Below, one piece after another: positions 1 through 10,270 of a DNA stretch of 64,000 nucleotides. Every line of letters starts with the position of its first letter. Position 1 is the stretch's first letter. The notes under the pieces are model-generated. The model worked only from the letters and a program-made list of their open reading frames with translations, did no database searches and had not been told where the DNA came from. The DNA is from Candidatus Moanibacter sp. GTDB taxonomy: Bacteria > Verrucomicrobiota > Verrucomicrobiia > Opitutales > UBA2987. Where the stretch lies: contig CBDCEW010000101.1 of NCBI GenBank assembly GCA_965215885.1, positions 64,001 through 128,000 of the forward strand, given 5' to 3'. The translations under genes were made by a program, and so were the position numbers.

Positions 1-911
1 TTCGACAGATCGTGGCCGAACTGCCTCGTCGCCCCTTGATGATCGGCAGGGACGGACTCCGACTCTCACTTGCCGGCGCGCAGGACAAACTGCCTGTCGT
101 TGTTTATGGCAACGCAATCTATCTCCCCTTGGGCGGCACCCCCAGCACCCATATACTGAAACCGGAGCCGGAGCGATTCCCGGGACTGGCCGGTAATGAG
201 ATGTTTTGCATGTCCCTGGCGCGGGCTGTCGGATTGAAAGTACCCGACACAGAATGCCGGCTTGTGGGAGAGAAGCCCTGCATGCTTGTTGAAAGGTACG
301 ACCGCAGGAAGGGTGAAGACGGCTGTACGATCCGAATTCATCAGGAGGACTTCTGCCAGGCGATGGGGTTTCCGCCGGAGCGAAAGTACCAGGTGGAAGG
401 CGGGCCCATGCTGCGCGACTGCGTTTCGCTGCTTCGGGAGTGGTCCACAGCGCCGGCAATCGATATTCCGTCTTTTATAAAGGGCTTGATCTTCAACGTG
501 TTGATTGGCAACGCCGACGCCCATGGCAAGAACTTCTCGATCTTGTATTCCAGTGGCGAACGGAGGCTGTCTCCCTTTTACGATCTGGTTTCTACGCTCG
601 CCTGGCCCGAACTTTCCAAGAGGCTCGCGATGAAAATTGGCAGTTGCGACTCGGTAAACGCCTTCACGGTAGGTGACTGGAAGAGGATGGCAGTCCATGC
701 CGGCCTCGGTTGGCCGATGTTACGAGAACGAATGGCTGAAACCAGCCACGCGATACTGAAGGAACTCGATACCGTGCGGATGCAGACCAGAGAACACAGT
801 GGAGAGATGGCTGAACGGCTCCACGAAATCATCGGCGGCCGTTCCAAAAGAGTGCTCGAAGTGCTTGCCAAACAGCACCCTGCCAGGGCGAAACGGTTGC
901 ACCTGCCATGA
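1..911 (+). CDS. hipA: HipA-family toxin kinase (5' part outside the window)
   Basis: Motifs LSLAGAQDKL, HILKP, RIHQEDFCQ, NADAHGKNFS; the frame is open to the window edge. Confidence 0.9.
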   Translation, partial: RQIVAELPRRPLMIGRDGLRLSLAGAQDKLPVVVYGNAIYLPLGGTPSTHILKPEPERFPGLAGNEMFCMSLARAVGLKVPDTECRLVGEKPCMLVERYDRRKGEDGCTIRIHQEDFCQAMGFPPERKYQVEGGPMLRDCVSLLREWSTAPAIDIPSFIKGLIFNVLIGNADAHGKNFSILYSSGERRLSPFYDLVSTLAWPELSKRLAMKIGSCDSVNAFTVGDWKRMAVHAGLGWPMLRERMAETSHAILKELDTVRMQTREHSGEMAERLHEIIGGRSKRVLEVLAKQHPARAKRLHLP

Positions 912-1127
912 GTCTTCGGATTTGAGAAACCGTGTCACCGCAAAGAAGCTGTTGCAACAGGAGCAGCATCACCTCAATCGAGTAGACCGGCCCGGTTGCG
1001 GAGCGGCCCGCGCCGCACGCGACGTCTACAACACCCAACCCGGCGGAAATGGTTGAAATCCGTTACCACGCCAGATTCGATCAACCGCCATGGAATTACC
1101 ATCGCCTCGACCAGCTGCTCCCGAATG

Positions 1128-1192
1128 CAGGGAACAGACAGGGAACAGAATCTGCAGAATTAAGGCGAATTTGGGCGAAATACTGTTCCCTG
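1128..1192. repeat. Tandem 11-bp repeat CAGGGAACAGA x2 plus one inverted copy; possible integrase arm-type sites
   Basis: Direct copies at 1128-1149, inverted CTGTTCCCTG at 1183-1192, about 60 bp from the tRNA 3' end. Confidence 0.5.
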
Positions 1193-1251
1193 CGAAGAAG
1201 CAAGCGTTAGCTTTAGGTTTTTGTAAGTTGTTTATCTACAACTTTGTAAAG

Positions 1252-1329
1252 TGGTCGGGACGACTGGATTCGAACCAGCGACTTCCTGCTCCCAAAGCAG
1301 GTGCTCTGACCAGGCTGAGCTACGTCCCG
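1252..1329 (-). tRNA. tRNA-Pro(UGG)
   Basis: Reverse complement CGGGACGTAGCTCAGCCTGG...CCTGC-TTTGGGA-GCAGG...GGTTCGAATCC...CCCGACCA folds as a cloverleaf with encoded CCA. Confidence 0.97.
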
Positions 1330-1403
1330 TTAATCTGCGATCGATTGCTTATTGAGGCTCCTTATTGAAGAGTTTCTCAGCGAATATCAATGCCATATAG
1401 TCA

Positions 1404-3143
1404 CTACACTTTCTCCGCGAGCATTTCGTTAAAGTAGCTCTCTGCCTTGGAGAGATTTTCATAGGTTCCACTCTCGACGATCCGCCCCTCCCTGAGGACG
1501 ACGATCAGGTCGGCGTTCTTGATCGTGCTGAGCCGGTGGGCGATGGTGATAACGGTCCTGCCGTGGCTCACCCGTTCGATGGCTTCCTGGACGAGACTCT
1601 CGCTTTCGTAATCGAGTGAGGAGGTGGCCTCATCGAGAATGAGGACTTTGGGATTGCGCAGAATAGCTCGCGCAATAGAGATTCTCTGGCGCTGACCTCC
1701 GGAAAGCTGCACTCCGCCCTCACCGACCTCGCTGTTGTAGCGGTCGGGCATCTTTTGAATAAACTCGTCGGCATTGGCCTGTCTGGCAGCTTCGCGAATC
1801 TCGAATTCAGTGGCGTTGGGCCGGGCGAAGCGCAGATTGTCACGGACTGAGCCGGATAAGAGCATACTCTCCTGCATAACGATAGAGGAATTCCTCCGGA
1901 ACCACCGCATATTGAGGGCGGATTGCGGAACTCCATCAATGAGAATCTCACCCTTCGTAGTCCGATATAACCCGAGGATGAGATTGGTCAGGGTGCTCTT
2001 TCCGGAACCGGACGGCCCCACGAAGGCGACGTGCTGTCCCGGTTCGATATGAAGATCGATGTTTCGAACGGCGGGTAATTGGGACTCTTTGTAGGTGAAT
2101 GTAACATCCTCGAAAGTGATCTCACCGCGTAAATCACGGAGTTTCATGGTACCCTTCCATCCCTCCACATACTTCGAATCGAGAAGCTCTTTAACGCTGC
2201 GGAAACTCTCCCGGGCGAGAAAGTACTGCTGGCTGAAACTGACGAACGCCTGGACGGGTGACAGGATGATGGGCAGACCGACGAGGAACGCGACAAGGGT
2301 ACCGAAGGAGAGGCTGCCGTTGATCACGAGGAGAGCTCCGCCGGCCACTACGATGAGAGAGAGTGATTGGGTACTGACGTATGCGTAAGCCTGAAATATC
2401 GCCGTGATCGACGACAATTCGGCGCGTGACTGGGCCAGGAACTCGCTTTTTTCGTGCATCGACTGCCGGGCCGCCCGTTCCTCTCCATAGCCCCTGATAA
2501 GTCTAGTGGCGCTGATCAGTTCACTCGCCTGGCCAGTGAGACCCTCTTGCGCTACGCGGGCCGCCCGTTGGCTTCTTTTCATTCTCCCAAAGAAAACCAA
2601 CCGGCCGATTGCGTAAACGGGCACTATCATTCCAAGGATGAGCATCAACTGCCAATTGAAATAGGTGAGCAGTGCGATGGTGCACAGGCTGACAAGGCTT
2701 TCCGGCAGCAATTGCCGGAGGACGGGCAAGACAGCCGTTTCGATGCGCTGGGTGTCGAAAGCGTATTTCGAGATAAGGCGCCCGGTCTGCTGTTCGTCGA
2801 GGTATCCGAAGCTGAGGAGTTGCAGTTTATGAAAAATCCGTCCTCGCAGGTCCATCATCATCCGCGCCACCGCAACGGCATAGAAGCGTGATGCAGACAC
2901 GGCGAAGAAATAGTGTAAACAGAGCAGACCCAGGAAAGTGAAAACGGAGCTGGCGATCCCCAGGAGATTGCCGGTTCGAACATGCTCATCGATTATAATG
3001 CGGAAGATAAAAGGAAGCGGCGCGATGAGCGCGGCACGCCCGAGCGTCAACCCGATACCTTTGCCGAATCGAAACCGGTAGGCCCAGATGTAGCGGAGGA
3101 GGGTGGGAGAGTCGGTGGGATCGTTCTGTTCTATCGAATCCAT
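1404..3143 (-). CDS. ABC exporter, fused permease/ATP-binding subunit
   Basis: TM region, Walker A GPSGSGKS, LSGGQRQR, ILDEATS. Confidence 0.93.
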   Translation of the reverse strand: MDSIEQNDPTDSPTLLRYIWAYRFRFGKGIGLTLGRAALIAPLPFIFRIIIDEHVRTGNLLGIASSVFTFLGLLCLHYFFAVSASRFYAVAVARMMMDLRGRIFHKLQLLSFGYLDEQQTGRLISKYAFDTQRIETAVLPVLRQLLPESLVSLCTIALLTYFNWQLMLILGMIVPVYAIGRLVFFGRMKRSQRAARVAQEGLTGQASELISATRLIRGYGEERAARQSMHEKSEFLAQSRAELSSITAIFQAYAYVSTQSLSLIVVAGGALLVINGSLSFGTLVAFLVGLPIILSPVQAFVSFSQQYFLARESFRSVKELLDSKYVEGWKGTMKLRDLRGEITFEDVTFTYKESQLPAVRNIDLHIEPGQHVAFVGPSGSGKSTLTNLILGLYRTTKGEILIDGVPQSALNMRWFRRNSSIVMQESMLLSGSVRDNLRFARPNATEFEIREAARQANADEFIQKMPDRYNSEVGEGGVQLSGGQRQRISIARAILRNPKVLILDEATSSLDYESESLVQEAIERVSHGRTVITIAHRLSTIKNADLIVVLREGRIVESGTYENLSKAESYFNEMLAEKV

Positions 3144-3148
3144 AGCGA

Positions 3149-4288
3149 TCAGTTGCGTCGCTCCTGAGGCTGATTAACTAACATTTTCAGGAGGGATTGC
3201 TTGCCGAGGAGAAAATAGACATCGATTCCGGAGCCGAGCACGAGGGGATGGGGAGTTTCCTCAACCTCGATCTCGACTCTGAAAATTGAAACACCGCTTG
3301 TATCGGATTCCGACTGGGTGCCTTCGGGATCGATAATCGTGACATGCCCATATATAGCACCCTCGAGGATTGAATCGAAGACCTTGGATTCCATGCGCAC
3401 CCGCGTGCCTTCGCGAATGAGATCGAAATTTCGCTCCCCCACCTGGGCGATTACGATATAGGGACTTTCCGGATTACTGATTTTCAGGATCTGCGCGCCT
3501 TTCGCCACGGCCATACCGGCATATTTGTAAATGAGATCGGTCACCCTTCCGGTAATCGGAGCGGTGAGCTGATAGTCGCGCTTTTGCTCCTCCAGAATCG
3601 AGATTTCGCGGTCGATAAGGTCAATTTGCCGGCGCAGTCGATCACGATTCAGGATGAGGCGTTCCCGCTCGATTTCAAGAATGTCGTTGTCCAGCCAGGC
3701 GACGCGCTCCGCTGCTTCCATTCTCTCCAGCTCCACTCTCAGATGGTCGACGGCCTGCTCCTGATAGGCTGTCTGGGATACGGCTTTCTTTTCTACGAGC
3801 GACTTCAATGTGTTCAGGTTTTCGCGCTGTATACTCTCGATCTCGCTAAGCAGCGTCAGGCGATCGGATGCTCTTGCCAGTTCCGGATCGGAAGGTCTTA
3901 CTTTCGATTCTTTCAGGTTGAGCTCGTTTCCAGCCAGTTGAAATTCAAGTATTTGGCGGTCACGCCTTTTCTGGAGGAGTTCCAGATCGATTTCTTTGTC
4001 ATCGAGCGCACAAAGCGGCTCGCCTTTCATGACGAGGGCACCTTCGAGAATATCGACACTGGCGATGACGCCTTCGGCCGGTGAGAAGACTATGAATTCG
4101 TCATGTTGCAGGACGACACCCGTTGCGCGAACCGTCAGTTCCATGCGGAAAAACGCGATACCGGCGAGGACGAACATGATGCCGGCGATTATTAATAGCT
4201 TCATCTGAAGCGATCGGCGCCGCGTCAGATCGTCCTCTACATGGGCGAGGGCGTCGTCAGGTTCGTCTCGCAATGGAAGTGCGGGCAT
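3149..4288 (-). CDS. HlyD-family membrane fusion (periplasmic adaptor) protein
   Basis: N-terminal TM, lipoyl-like halves (SPAEGVIA...KGEPL; APITGRV), long coiled coil; adjacent to the ABC gene; start inferred. Confidence 0.85.
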   Translation of the reverse strand: MPALPLRDEPDDALAHVEDDLTRRRSLQMKLLIIAGIMFVLAGIAFFRMELTVRATGVVLQHDEFIVFSPAEGVIASVDILEGALVMKGEPLCALDDKEIDLELLQKRRDRQILEFQLAGNELNLKESKVRPSDPELARASDRLTLLSEIESIQRENLNTLKSLVEKKAVSQTAYQEQAVDHLRVELERMEAAERVAWLDNDILEIERERLILNRDRLRRQIDLIDREISILEEQKRDYQLTAPITGRVTDLIYKYAGMAVAKGAQILKISNPESPYIVIAQVGERNFDLIREGTRVRMESKVFDSILEGAIYGHVTIIDPEGTQSESDTSGVSIFRVEIEVEETPHPLVLGSGIDVYFLLGKQSLLKMLVNQPQERRN

Positions 4289-4457
4289 TAGTTTTGATGA
4301 AAGTCGCAAGGTGCAGCGATGCGGGTACACCGATCATGGCTATTCTTCTACTCTTGTAAAGGATGGGCCCAAATCCGGCCTGCAGCCGCGAGTCGACAGA
4401 GACGCGATAAAAGTTTCTTGTATAGTGAAAAGTTTACGAATATTAGTCTCAACATTC

Positions 4458-5663
4458 ATGTATAAGAGAACATTGTATCTGGAGAGGATCGCTCCGTTCA
4501 TGAACAAACCGGTGATCAAGGTAATCACGGGGATGCGCCGGGTGGGAAAGAGTTTTCTCCTTCGTCAGTTCATTGAGCAGCTCGTGGAAGATGGCACTCC
4601 AAGGGAGAACATTCTCTATATAGACAAGGAATCGCTTGATTTTGAGGAGATCCGTACCTACCTGGATCTGAACAGGATGGCGATGAAAATCTTGGGCCCG
4701 CGTCCTGTTCCCAAATATCTGTTCGTCGACGAAGTGCAGGAAATTCAGGATTGGGAAAAGGCGATCGCCTCTCTCGCGCGAAGGCAAGACATCGACATCT
4801 ATATCACGGGCTCAAATGCCCATCTGTTCTCATCCGAACTGGCTACTCTACTCTCCGGTCGCTACATAGAGTTCCCGGTCTACTCACTGAGTTTCGATGA
4901 ATTCCGCCTCTTTAGCGGTAGGGAAAGTTCAGAGATGCAGGAGAGTTTCCTCGATTATCTACGCTTCGGGGGTTTGCCGGCGATCCACCATTTCGAGGCG
5001 GCCGATGAGGTCGTCTATGAATACATCGGCTCCGTCTACAATACGATCCTCCTGAAGGATATCGTCAAGAGGCACAACATTCGTAACGTGCAACTGCTGG
5101 AAAACATCGCCCGCTACCTCTTTGACAACATAGGCAACATTTTCTCATCCAAGAAAATCGCGGATTACTTGAAATCACAGCGCCTGCGTGTCGGAGTGGA
5201 AACGGTTCAGAACTATCTTGGGCATTTCCTCGAAGCGCTCATCGCTCACAAAGTGCCCCGTTATGACCTGAAGGGAAAGCGCCTGCTCGAAATCCACGAG
5301 AAATACTATCTGGGTGATATCGGGATTCGCCATGCCCTGCTTGGCTACAGGGAAGCCGATATCTCGGGCATTCTGGAGAATCTCACCTATCTTGAGCTGA
5401 AACGCCGTGGCTACGAAGTCTATATAGGCAAGTTCGGGGATCGCGAGATCGACTTTGTCGCGACGCGTGAAAAGGAAAAACTTTACATCCAGGTCGCCTA
5501 TCTGCTCGCCGCACCCCAGACAATTGAGCGCGAATTCGGTGCCCTGCTCGCTATCCCCGACAACTATCCAAAGTTCGTTCTGAGCCTGGATACCGCCTTC
5601 GGCGAGGACTTCGAAGGTATCCGTCGGCTCAACCTGCTCGACTTTCTGCTCCAACAGGACTGA
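4458..5663 (+). CDS. AAA ATPase with DUF4143 domain
   Basis: GMRRVGKS, FVDEVQ, ITGSNA, ENLTYLEL..EIDFV..YIQV. Confidence 0.9.
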   Translation: MYKRTLYLERIAPFMNKPVIKVITGMRRVGKSFLLRQFIEQLVEDGTPRENILYIDKESLDFEEIRTYLDLNRMAMKILGPRPVPKYLFVDEVQEIQDWEKAIASLARRQDIDIYITGSNAHLFSSELATLLSGRYIEFPVYSLSFDEFRLFSGRESSEMQESFLDYLRFGGLPAIHHFEAADEVVYEYIGSVYNTILLKDIVKRHNIRNVQLLENIARYLFDNIGNIFSSKKIADYLKSQRLRVGVETVQNYLGHFLEALIAHKVPRYDLKGKRLLEIHEKYYLGDIGIRHALLGYREADISGILENLTYLELKRRGYEVYIGKFGDREIDFVATREKEKLYIQVAYLLAAPQTIEREFGALLAIPDNYPKFVLSLDTAFGEDFEGIRRLNLLDFLLQQD

Positions 5664-5699
5664 ACGTCTAGCAGCCGAGGGGCTAAGTCCGACAGATAT

Positions 5700-6875
5700 C
5701 TAGAGCTTGCGAATAAAAAGCGGTACCGGTTCGGAGCCGTCGATTTCGACGGTTGTGTCGACGGCTCCGTAGTTGATGCCAATGGAGGTATGACCATTGG
5801 CATCGATCATGGTGAACCATTCGCCCGTTTCGTAATCCGAGTAATTCTGGCCGAGTTTCGACTCAAAGGTCATACCTTTAATGCGGACCTCGAAGCGGTC
5901 CCCAAGTGCGATATCGAGGCGCCTGAAGTCGGCTTCCACGAAATCGGCCGTCGCATTCCCGTAGGCGGCGTCGATCGATACGATATTGGCGTAAGCTCCG
6001 CCGTCAGCAAAACGCGCTCTTGATGCGGGTGGCGGCGGATTAATGGTAGCGTTCTTGAATCGCTCGACGTGCCCCGTGTCGAGCCAGCGGTCGAGTCCGG
6101 CGAGGGCGGCGATGTACTCTTCGGAGGAGAGTTTGACGTGACCGAACCGGTCGATCCACCAGAAGGCGGGGAGCACAGTCGCATTTCGCGCGTGATAGAT
6201 ATACTCGAGAACACGTGGAGTCTCATTGCTGTTGCACAGAAAGAGAAGAGGCGCCTCGGGATTGTGCGAGCGCGCGAGCGGATACTGCGAATCGCGGCTG
6301 TTTCCAATCGAAATGGCGATAGCGCCATGGTACTTCTCAGGTTCGCTTTCGACCATGAGGAGACTGATTGTGGCCCCCATCGATTCGCCGAGAAGGACTG
6401 TGCGCTTCGGCGTGCCGAATATGGACACGATGGTGTCGTAGAGAGTACTCGAGTCCTCGATGGCGTCGCGAATGATGCTCACCTGGCGCCGGAAGCTGCT
6501 CGAGGCTACCATCCAGCCATCCCCCAGCCACTTTCGATAGCGTTTCGATCGCAGCGGCAGGTCGCTTGAAAGAGGCCGCGGATCAAACCGCCCTCCGTGG
6601 TTATAGAGAAGAAGCTTCCCGTTCCAGGCGCCTTCCGGGTAGGCGATTGTGACGAGGCAGGGACCCAGCGTCCCGCTTTGGACCGTGATCTGCTGATCGT
6701 CAAGAGTGAGGCTGCTTTTTTCCAAAGAAGCATCGCCGCTTCCCCAACCGGATTCTGCAATGAGCAGAAATAGCGTGATACTAAGCGTCGATCGCGCGAG
6801 ACGAGAAGTCAACGAATCTGAAGTGTCTCGGACGAAGTTGGTTATTGCGTGAAAGTAATCTACGAGCGTTCTCAT
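5700..6875 (-). CDS. Alpha/beta hydrolase fused to a SAM hydroxide adenosyltransferase-like C-terminal domain
   Basis: GESMG nucleophile motif and GH; C-terminal IDAAYGN..YSDYETGE..IDANG..IGINYG; start uncertain. Confidence 0.65.
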   Translation of the reverse strand: MRTLVDYFHAITNFVRDTSDSLTSRLARSTLSITLFLLIAESGWGSGDASLEKSSLTLDDQQITVQSGTLGPCLVTIAYPEGAWNGKLLLYNHGGRFDPRPLSSDLPLRSKRYRKWLGDGWMVASSSFRRQVSIIRDAIEDSSTLYDTIVSIFGTPKRTVLLGESMGATISLLMVESEPEKYHGAIAISIGNSRDSQYPLARSHNPEAPLLFLCNSNETPRVLEYIYHARNATVLPAFWWIDRFGHVKLSSEEYIAALAGLDRWLDTGHVERFKNATINPPPPASRARFADGGAYANIVSIDAAYGNATADFVEADFRRLDIALGDRFEVRIKGMTFESKLGQNYSDYETGEWFTMIDANGHTSIGINYGAVDTTVEIDGSEPVPLFIRKL

Positions 6876-7008
6876 TTCCTTAGAATTCGTGCTGTGCGGT
6901 GTGTTCAACAGCGCACTGATCCTCCTGGCAATTGTCCTGGTGCGAAAATCAGGGTAACTGATGAGTGCCTACCCGCAATCAAATAAGGGTTTTCTTATCA
7001 AGCGAGAA

Positions 7009-8754
7009 CTACCCCCTATCCCAGGGGAACAGCAGGGTGGGTGAGTTGGCGTAGCGTTTCATTTCAATCTTGAGACGGCTGCCGCAACCTGGCGCCAAAC
7101 GCACTTTGAAGGCCGAATTATCCACGGAAACGGTCTGATCGTCGATCGAAACCGTTTGAAACTGATGCTCGGCGTAGGCGCCTCCCTGGACGATAACGGT
7201 GCGTTCCTGGTGGGGGTTGATGTTGACGAGGCTAACCGTTGCCGCGTCGTCCGTCATTCCTTCGACGAGGGCGGCTACGTCGGGTGGGGTTCCGGCCCGC
7301 CCCTGGTCGGGATCGAAATAGCGCAATCGGCAATGGAGAGGGAATCCGACTCGGCCGGTCGGAAGGCCGCCCAACATCAGTTGAGTAAGCGTTTCAGTAG
7401 TAGCCGGATTAGTAGAATTCATTACGTCTGAGAGTCGGGTATCGGGCGTCGACATATCGTTTCGCATAGTTTCGACCTTGATTCGGACTCTTTCTAAATC
7501 TTCCTGCAGCGCCTCCACCGGGTATTGCGAATTCTCGCCGTGCAGATAGCTTATCCACTGGTCCGAAGCGACCCGCTTCAGGTCGTCGGTATTCATCGAC
7601 CAGTAGTAGACCTCGAGGGCGCCATCATCAAACGGCTGTGTCGTGTAGTCGTACCAACCGTCATCGCCATGCATGTGGGGGTAATGCGTTTGCCCGTCAA
7701 TTTCGCGGGCGTTTTCATTCACCCTGTCGATGATTCCCCGCCAGGTGTCGACGTAACGCTGTTTTCCGGTCTGCAGCAGGGCATTACCGAATCCATAGGG
7801 AGCCCTCCAGAGAAACGATGGCCGGTGGGCGAGTTCGCCGGTTTGCGGCACCTCGACCGAGAAACCCCAGCCGTAGACGCCGCCGTACCATTTACCGTCA
7901 CAAGCCCCGCCGATGGCGCCGTCGAGACCGATATTGGTCGGAATGATTCCGCCGTTTGCTTCCGTGCGTTCAACCCACGCGTCGACATAATCGATGAGCC
8001 AGTTCCGGTACTTTGCCTCTCCGGAGAACATGTATGCGTTCAGGGCGAGCGTTGTCGTACAGAGGTTCAGGGGATGGTCGCCGACGACGTCGTTGTAATC
8101 CTTGAAGTGCGCCACCATTTCCTCGTAGCTGCGCTCGCCGTGAAGGAGCCCGAACCGCTCGACATCGATCGGATCGCCGGCCCAGTCAAGCCCGGTGGCT
8201 TTGCGCATGAGGGGACCGCGGCTTCCGTTGAACATGCTGCGAATCACCCTGTGCTCGGGGTCATAGTTTTCCGCGAGCGGATCTTCGTTCATGTAGAATC
8301 CGCAGTACCTCCGTGTGCGCTGCTGAAACAGTCGATCGTAAGGGTCCGAGAGTCCCTGCAGAAAAAAGGCCGAGAGCCCTTCACTGTGATGCATCCAATC
8401 AAACATGACCGGAAACTCCCGAAAGTACATACCGTCGCGGGCGAACGGCACATCCACCGTTTTCGCTTCTGTGTACTGCTGCAGGTGCCCCTCCCAGCCC
8501 CGCTTGTAGAGATCCAGGATGATGTCGGGGGCGCCCAGGGCGTGCAGGACCGTCCAGTTGAGCAAATTTTCGGCCGCGTCGTCCGGACCGTCGTCGCCTC
8601 CCCATCGCGGAACGCATTCCAGGTAGCCGCGTTCATCAAAATAGTGCGCGTAAAACTCCTCGACCGCGGAACTCTGTGTGCACAAAAGTTCGCGTTCGAG
8701 CAGGGCCCAGTATGGAGGTGGAGTGGGTGTGTTGATTTCGAGAGTCGTATTCAT
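7009..8754 (-). CDS. Hypothetical protein, 581 aa
   Basis: Long ORF rich in W/Y/G with AAGG-type spacing upstream; no confident family. Confidence 0.8.
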   Translation of the reverse strand: MNTTLEINTPTPPPYWALLERELLCTQSSAVEEFYAHYFDERGYLECVPRWGGDDGPDDAAENLLNWTVLHALGAPDIILDLYKRGWEGHLQQYTEAKTVDVPFARDGMYFREFPVMFDWMHHSEGLSAFFLQGLSDPYDRLFQQRTRRYCGFYMNEDPLAENYDPEHRVIRSMFNGSRGPLMRKATGLDWAGDPIDVERFGLLHGERSYEEMVAHFKDYNDVVGDHPLNLCTTTLALNAYMFSGEAKYRNWLIDYVDAWVERTEANGGIIPTNIGLDGAIGGACDGKWYGGVYGWGFSVEVPQTGELAHRPSFLWRAPYGFGNALLQTGKQRYVDTWRGIIDRVNENAREIDGQTHYPHMHGDDGWYDYTTQPFDDGALEVYYWSMNTDDLKRVASDQWISYLHGENSQYPVEALQEDLERVRIKVETMRNDMSTPDTRLSDVMNSTNPATTETLTQLMLGGLPTGRVGFPLHCRLRYFDPDQGRAGTPPDVAALVEGMTDDAATVSLVNINPHQERTVIVQGGAYAEHQFQTVSIDDQTVSVDNSAFKVRLAPGCGSRLKIEMKRYANSPTLLFPWDRG

Positions 8755-8908
8755 ATTAAAAGGAAATAACGATCAAATCGTCAATGGCTTACATCATATC
8801 TAGACCACCAGCCATCAAGTAAAAAACATCCGATGTACGTTTGTAAGTTGGCAAAAGATGCTATGCCGTCACTTGACCGACACCACAATATGTGTCATAT
8901 TTTGACAC

Positions 8909-9109
8909 ATGGCAACAAATCTAAAAATCGACGATAAACTTTTGGAAGAAGCACTGCGCCTTGGTCAGTTTAGGACGAAGAAGGAAGCAGTAAATCAGGC
9001 ATTGACCGAATTCGTACAACATCGCAAGCAACTTGAGATTCTTGACTGGGAGGGCAAAGTGGAATTTTTCAATGACTACGACCACAAGAAATTGAGGAAT
9101 CTGCGATGA
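8909..9109 (+). CDS. vapB: VapB-family antitoxin
   Basis: MATNLKIDDKLLEEA..TKKEAVN.AL; ATGA overlap with the PIN gene. Confidence 0.88.
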   Translation: MATNLKIDDKLLEEALRLGQFRTKKEAVNQALTEFVQHRKQLEILDWEGKVEFFNDYDHKKLRNLR

Positions 9110-9507
9110 GGATCGTTGCTGATACCTCCGTATGGTCACTGTTTCTGAGAAGAAAAAAAGAGCAAGAATCAAAGGAAGTCGATCTCCTCAGGCAAGCTAT
9201 TGTTGAGCGAAGGGTGCAAATGCTTGGCATTATTCGTCAAGAGCTCCTCTCAGGCATAAAAGGTAAAAGACAGTTCGCTAGCATTTCAGAGATATTGGAT
9301 GGATTCCCAGACTTACTTGCAGCTACGGCTGATCATACTCTAGCAGCAGAGTTTTTTAACAAGTGCAGATCTAAAGGAGTTCAAGGATCACCAATAGATT
9401 TTTTGATCTGTGCACAGGCCTACAGAAATGGATTGAGCATTCTATCTACAGATAAAGATTACTCTAACTATTCGAATCACCTTCCGATTGAACTCTCAAT
9501 TCTATAA
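9106..9507 (+). CDS. vapC: VapC PIN-domain toxin
   Basis: VADTSVW, QELLSG, DFLICA, STDKDY. Confidence 0.9.
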   Translation: MRIVADTSVWSLFLRRKKEQESKEVDLLRQAIVERRVQMLGIIRQELLSGIKGKRQFASISEILDGFPDLLAATADHTLAAEFFNKCRSKGVQGSPIDFLICAQAYRNGLSILSTDKDYSNYSNHLPIELSIL

Positions 9508-9588
9508 TGCCAATGCGAGGGAAGCGGCGCCTGAAGGGGTGCTTCCTCTTTAGCGTTCTACGATTCAAAAGATATTCAGGATTCGCTA

Positions 9589-10017
9589 ATGAATCGACAG
9601 CAACTTACGACGAAGCTCAGTACTGTGACCACCGAACTCCTCCGCGATAAAGGGTACATCAGCTTCGTGGAAGTTTTCATGAAGCTTGGTTACCTCGATC
9701 AAGCGGATTATGAAGACTGGAGGCGGAGGCGCATCTCTCACCTCGAGAGGGTGATCAAGGTCAACCTGAGCAAGATCAATTTCATTATGCGCGCCGTCCG
9801 GAAGAATTCCCTCAACGGAGGACTTAGACCGAGTTGGACGGGATACAAGTCATGGGGCAAAGGCAGAAAGACGCTTCTACGGTTTTCGAAGTCAGGACAG
9901 GAGACGATCGAGAAGACATATGCCACGCATTTCGTTGGCGGGAAAAGGAAGACCGAAGAAGCAAGGTGTTCACGCAACGCCCGCTTACGCCATCGGATGC
10001 GAAACAGGACGTTCTGA
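9589..10017 (+). CDS. Hypothetical protein
   Basis: Protein-like composition (YEDWRR..LERV..NLSK..LRFSKSG..Y.THF). Confidence 0.7.
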   Translation: MNRQQLTTKLSTVTTELLRDKGYISFVEVFMKLGYLDQADYEDWRRRRISHLERVIKVNLSKINFIMRAVRKNSLNGGLRPSWTGYKSWGKGRKTLLRFSKSGQETIEKTYATHFVGGKRKTEEARCSRNARLRHRMRNRTF

Positions 10018-10270
10018 GAAGGAAAATCTGATAAGTATTGATACCGGGAAGGAGAATCGAATGCCATGAGTTTCTTGTTTTCTGGGGTCCAAATTTGGAC
10101 AAGAGTAGAACAGATCAGGATTATGAATAAGGAAAGCAGGAAGGCAGGAAACTATAGGAAGATGTGCCCTTCTCATTTCCTTTTTGAAATAGTTGAACAG
10201 AATGCTAAGAACGATGCGAGGGGGTTACGGCCAAAGCCGCACCTAAACTAGAACGTTTTGAAAGGAAAAT

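Noticed and set aside
1090..1368. 92-aa ORF
   Set aside because: It is an antisense translation across the tRNA
7525..8769. 414-aa plus-strand ORF and similar antisense or alternate-frame ORFs (e.g. 15844-16779, 48133-48969, 51402-52727)
   Set aside because: They shadow better-supported genes and carry no recognisable motifs
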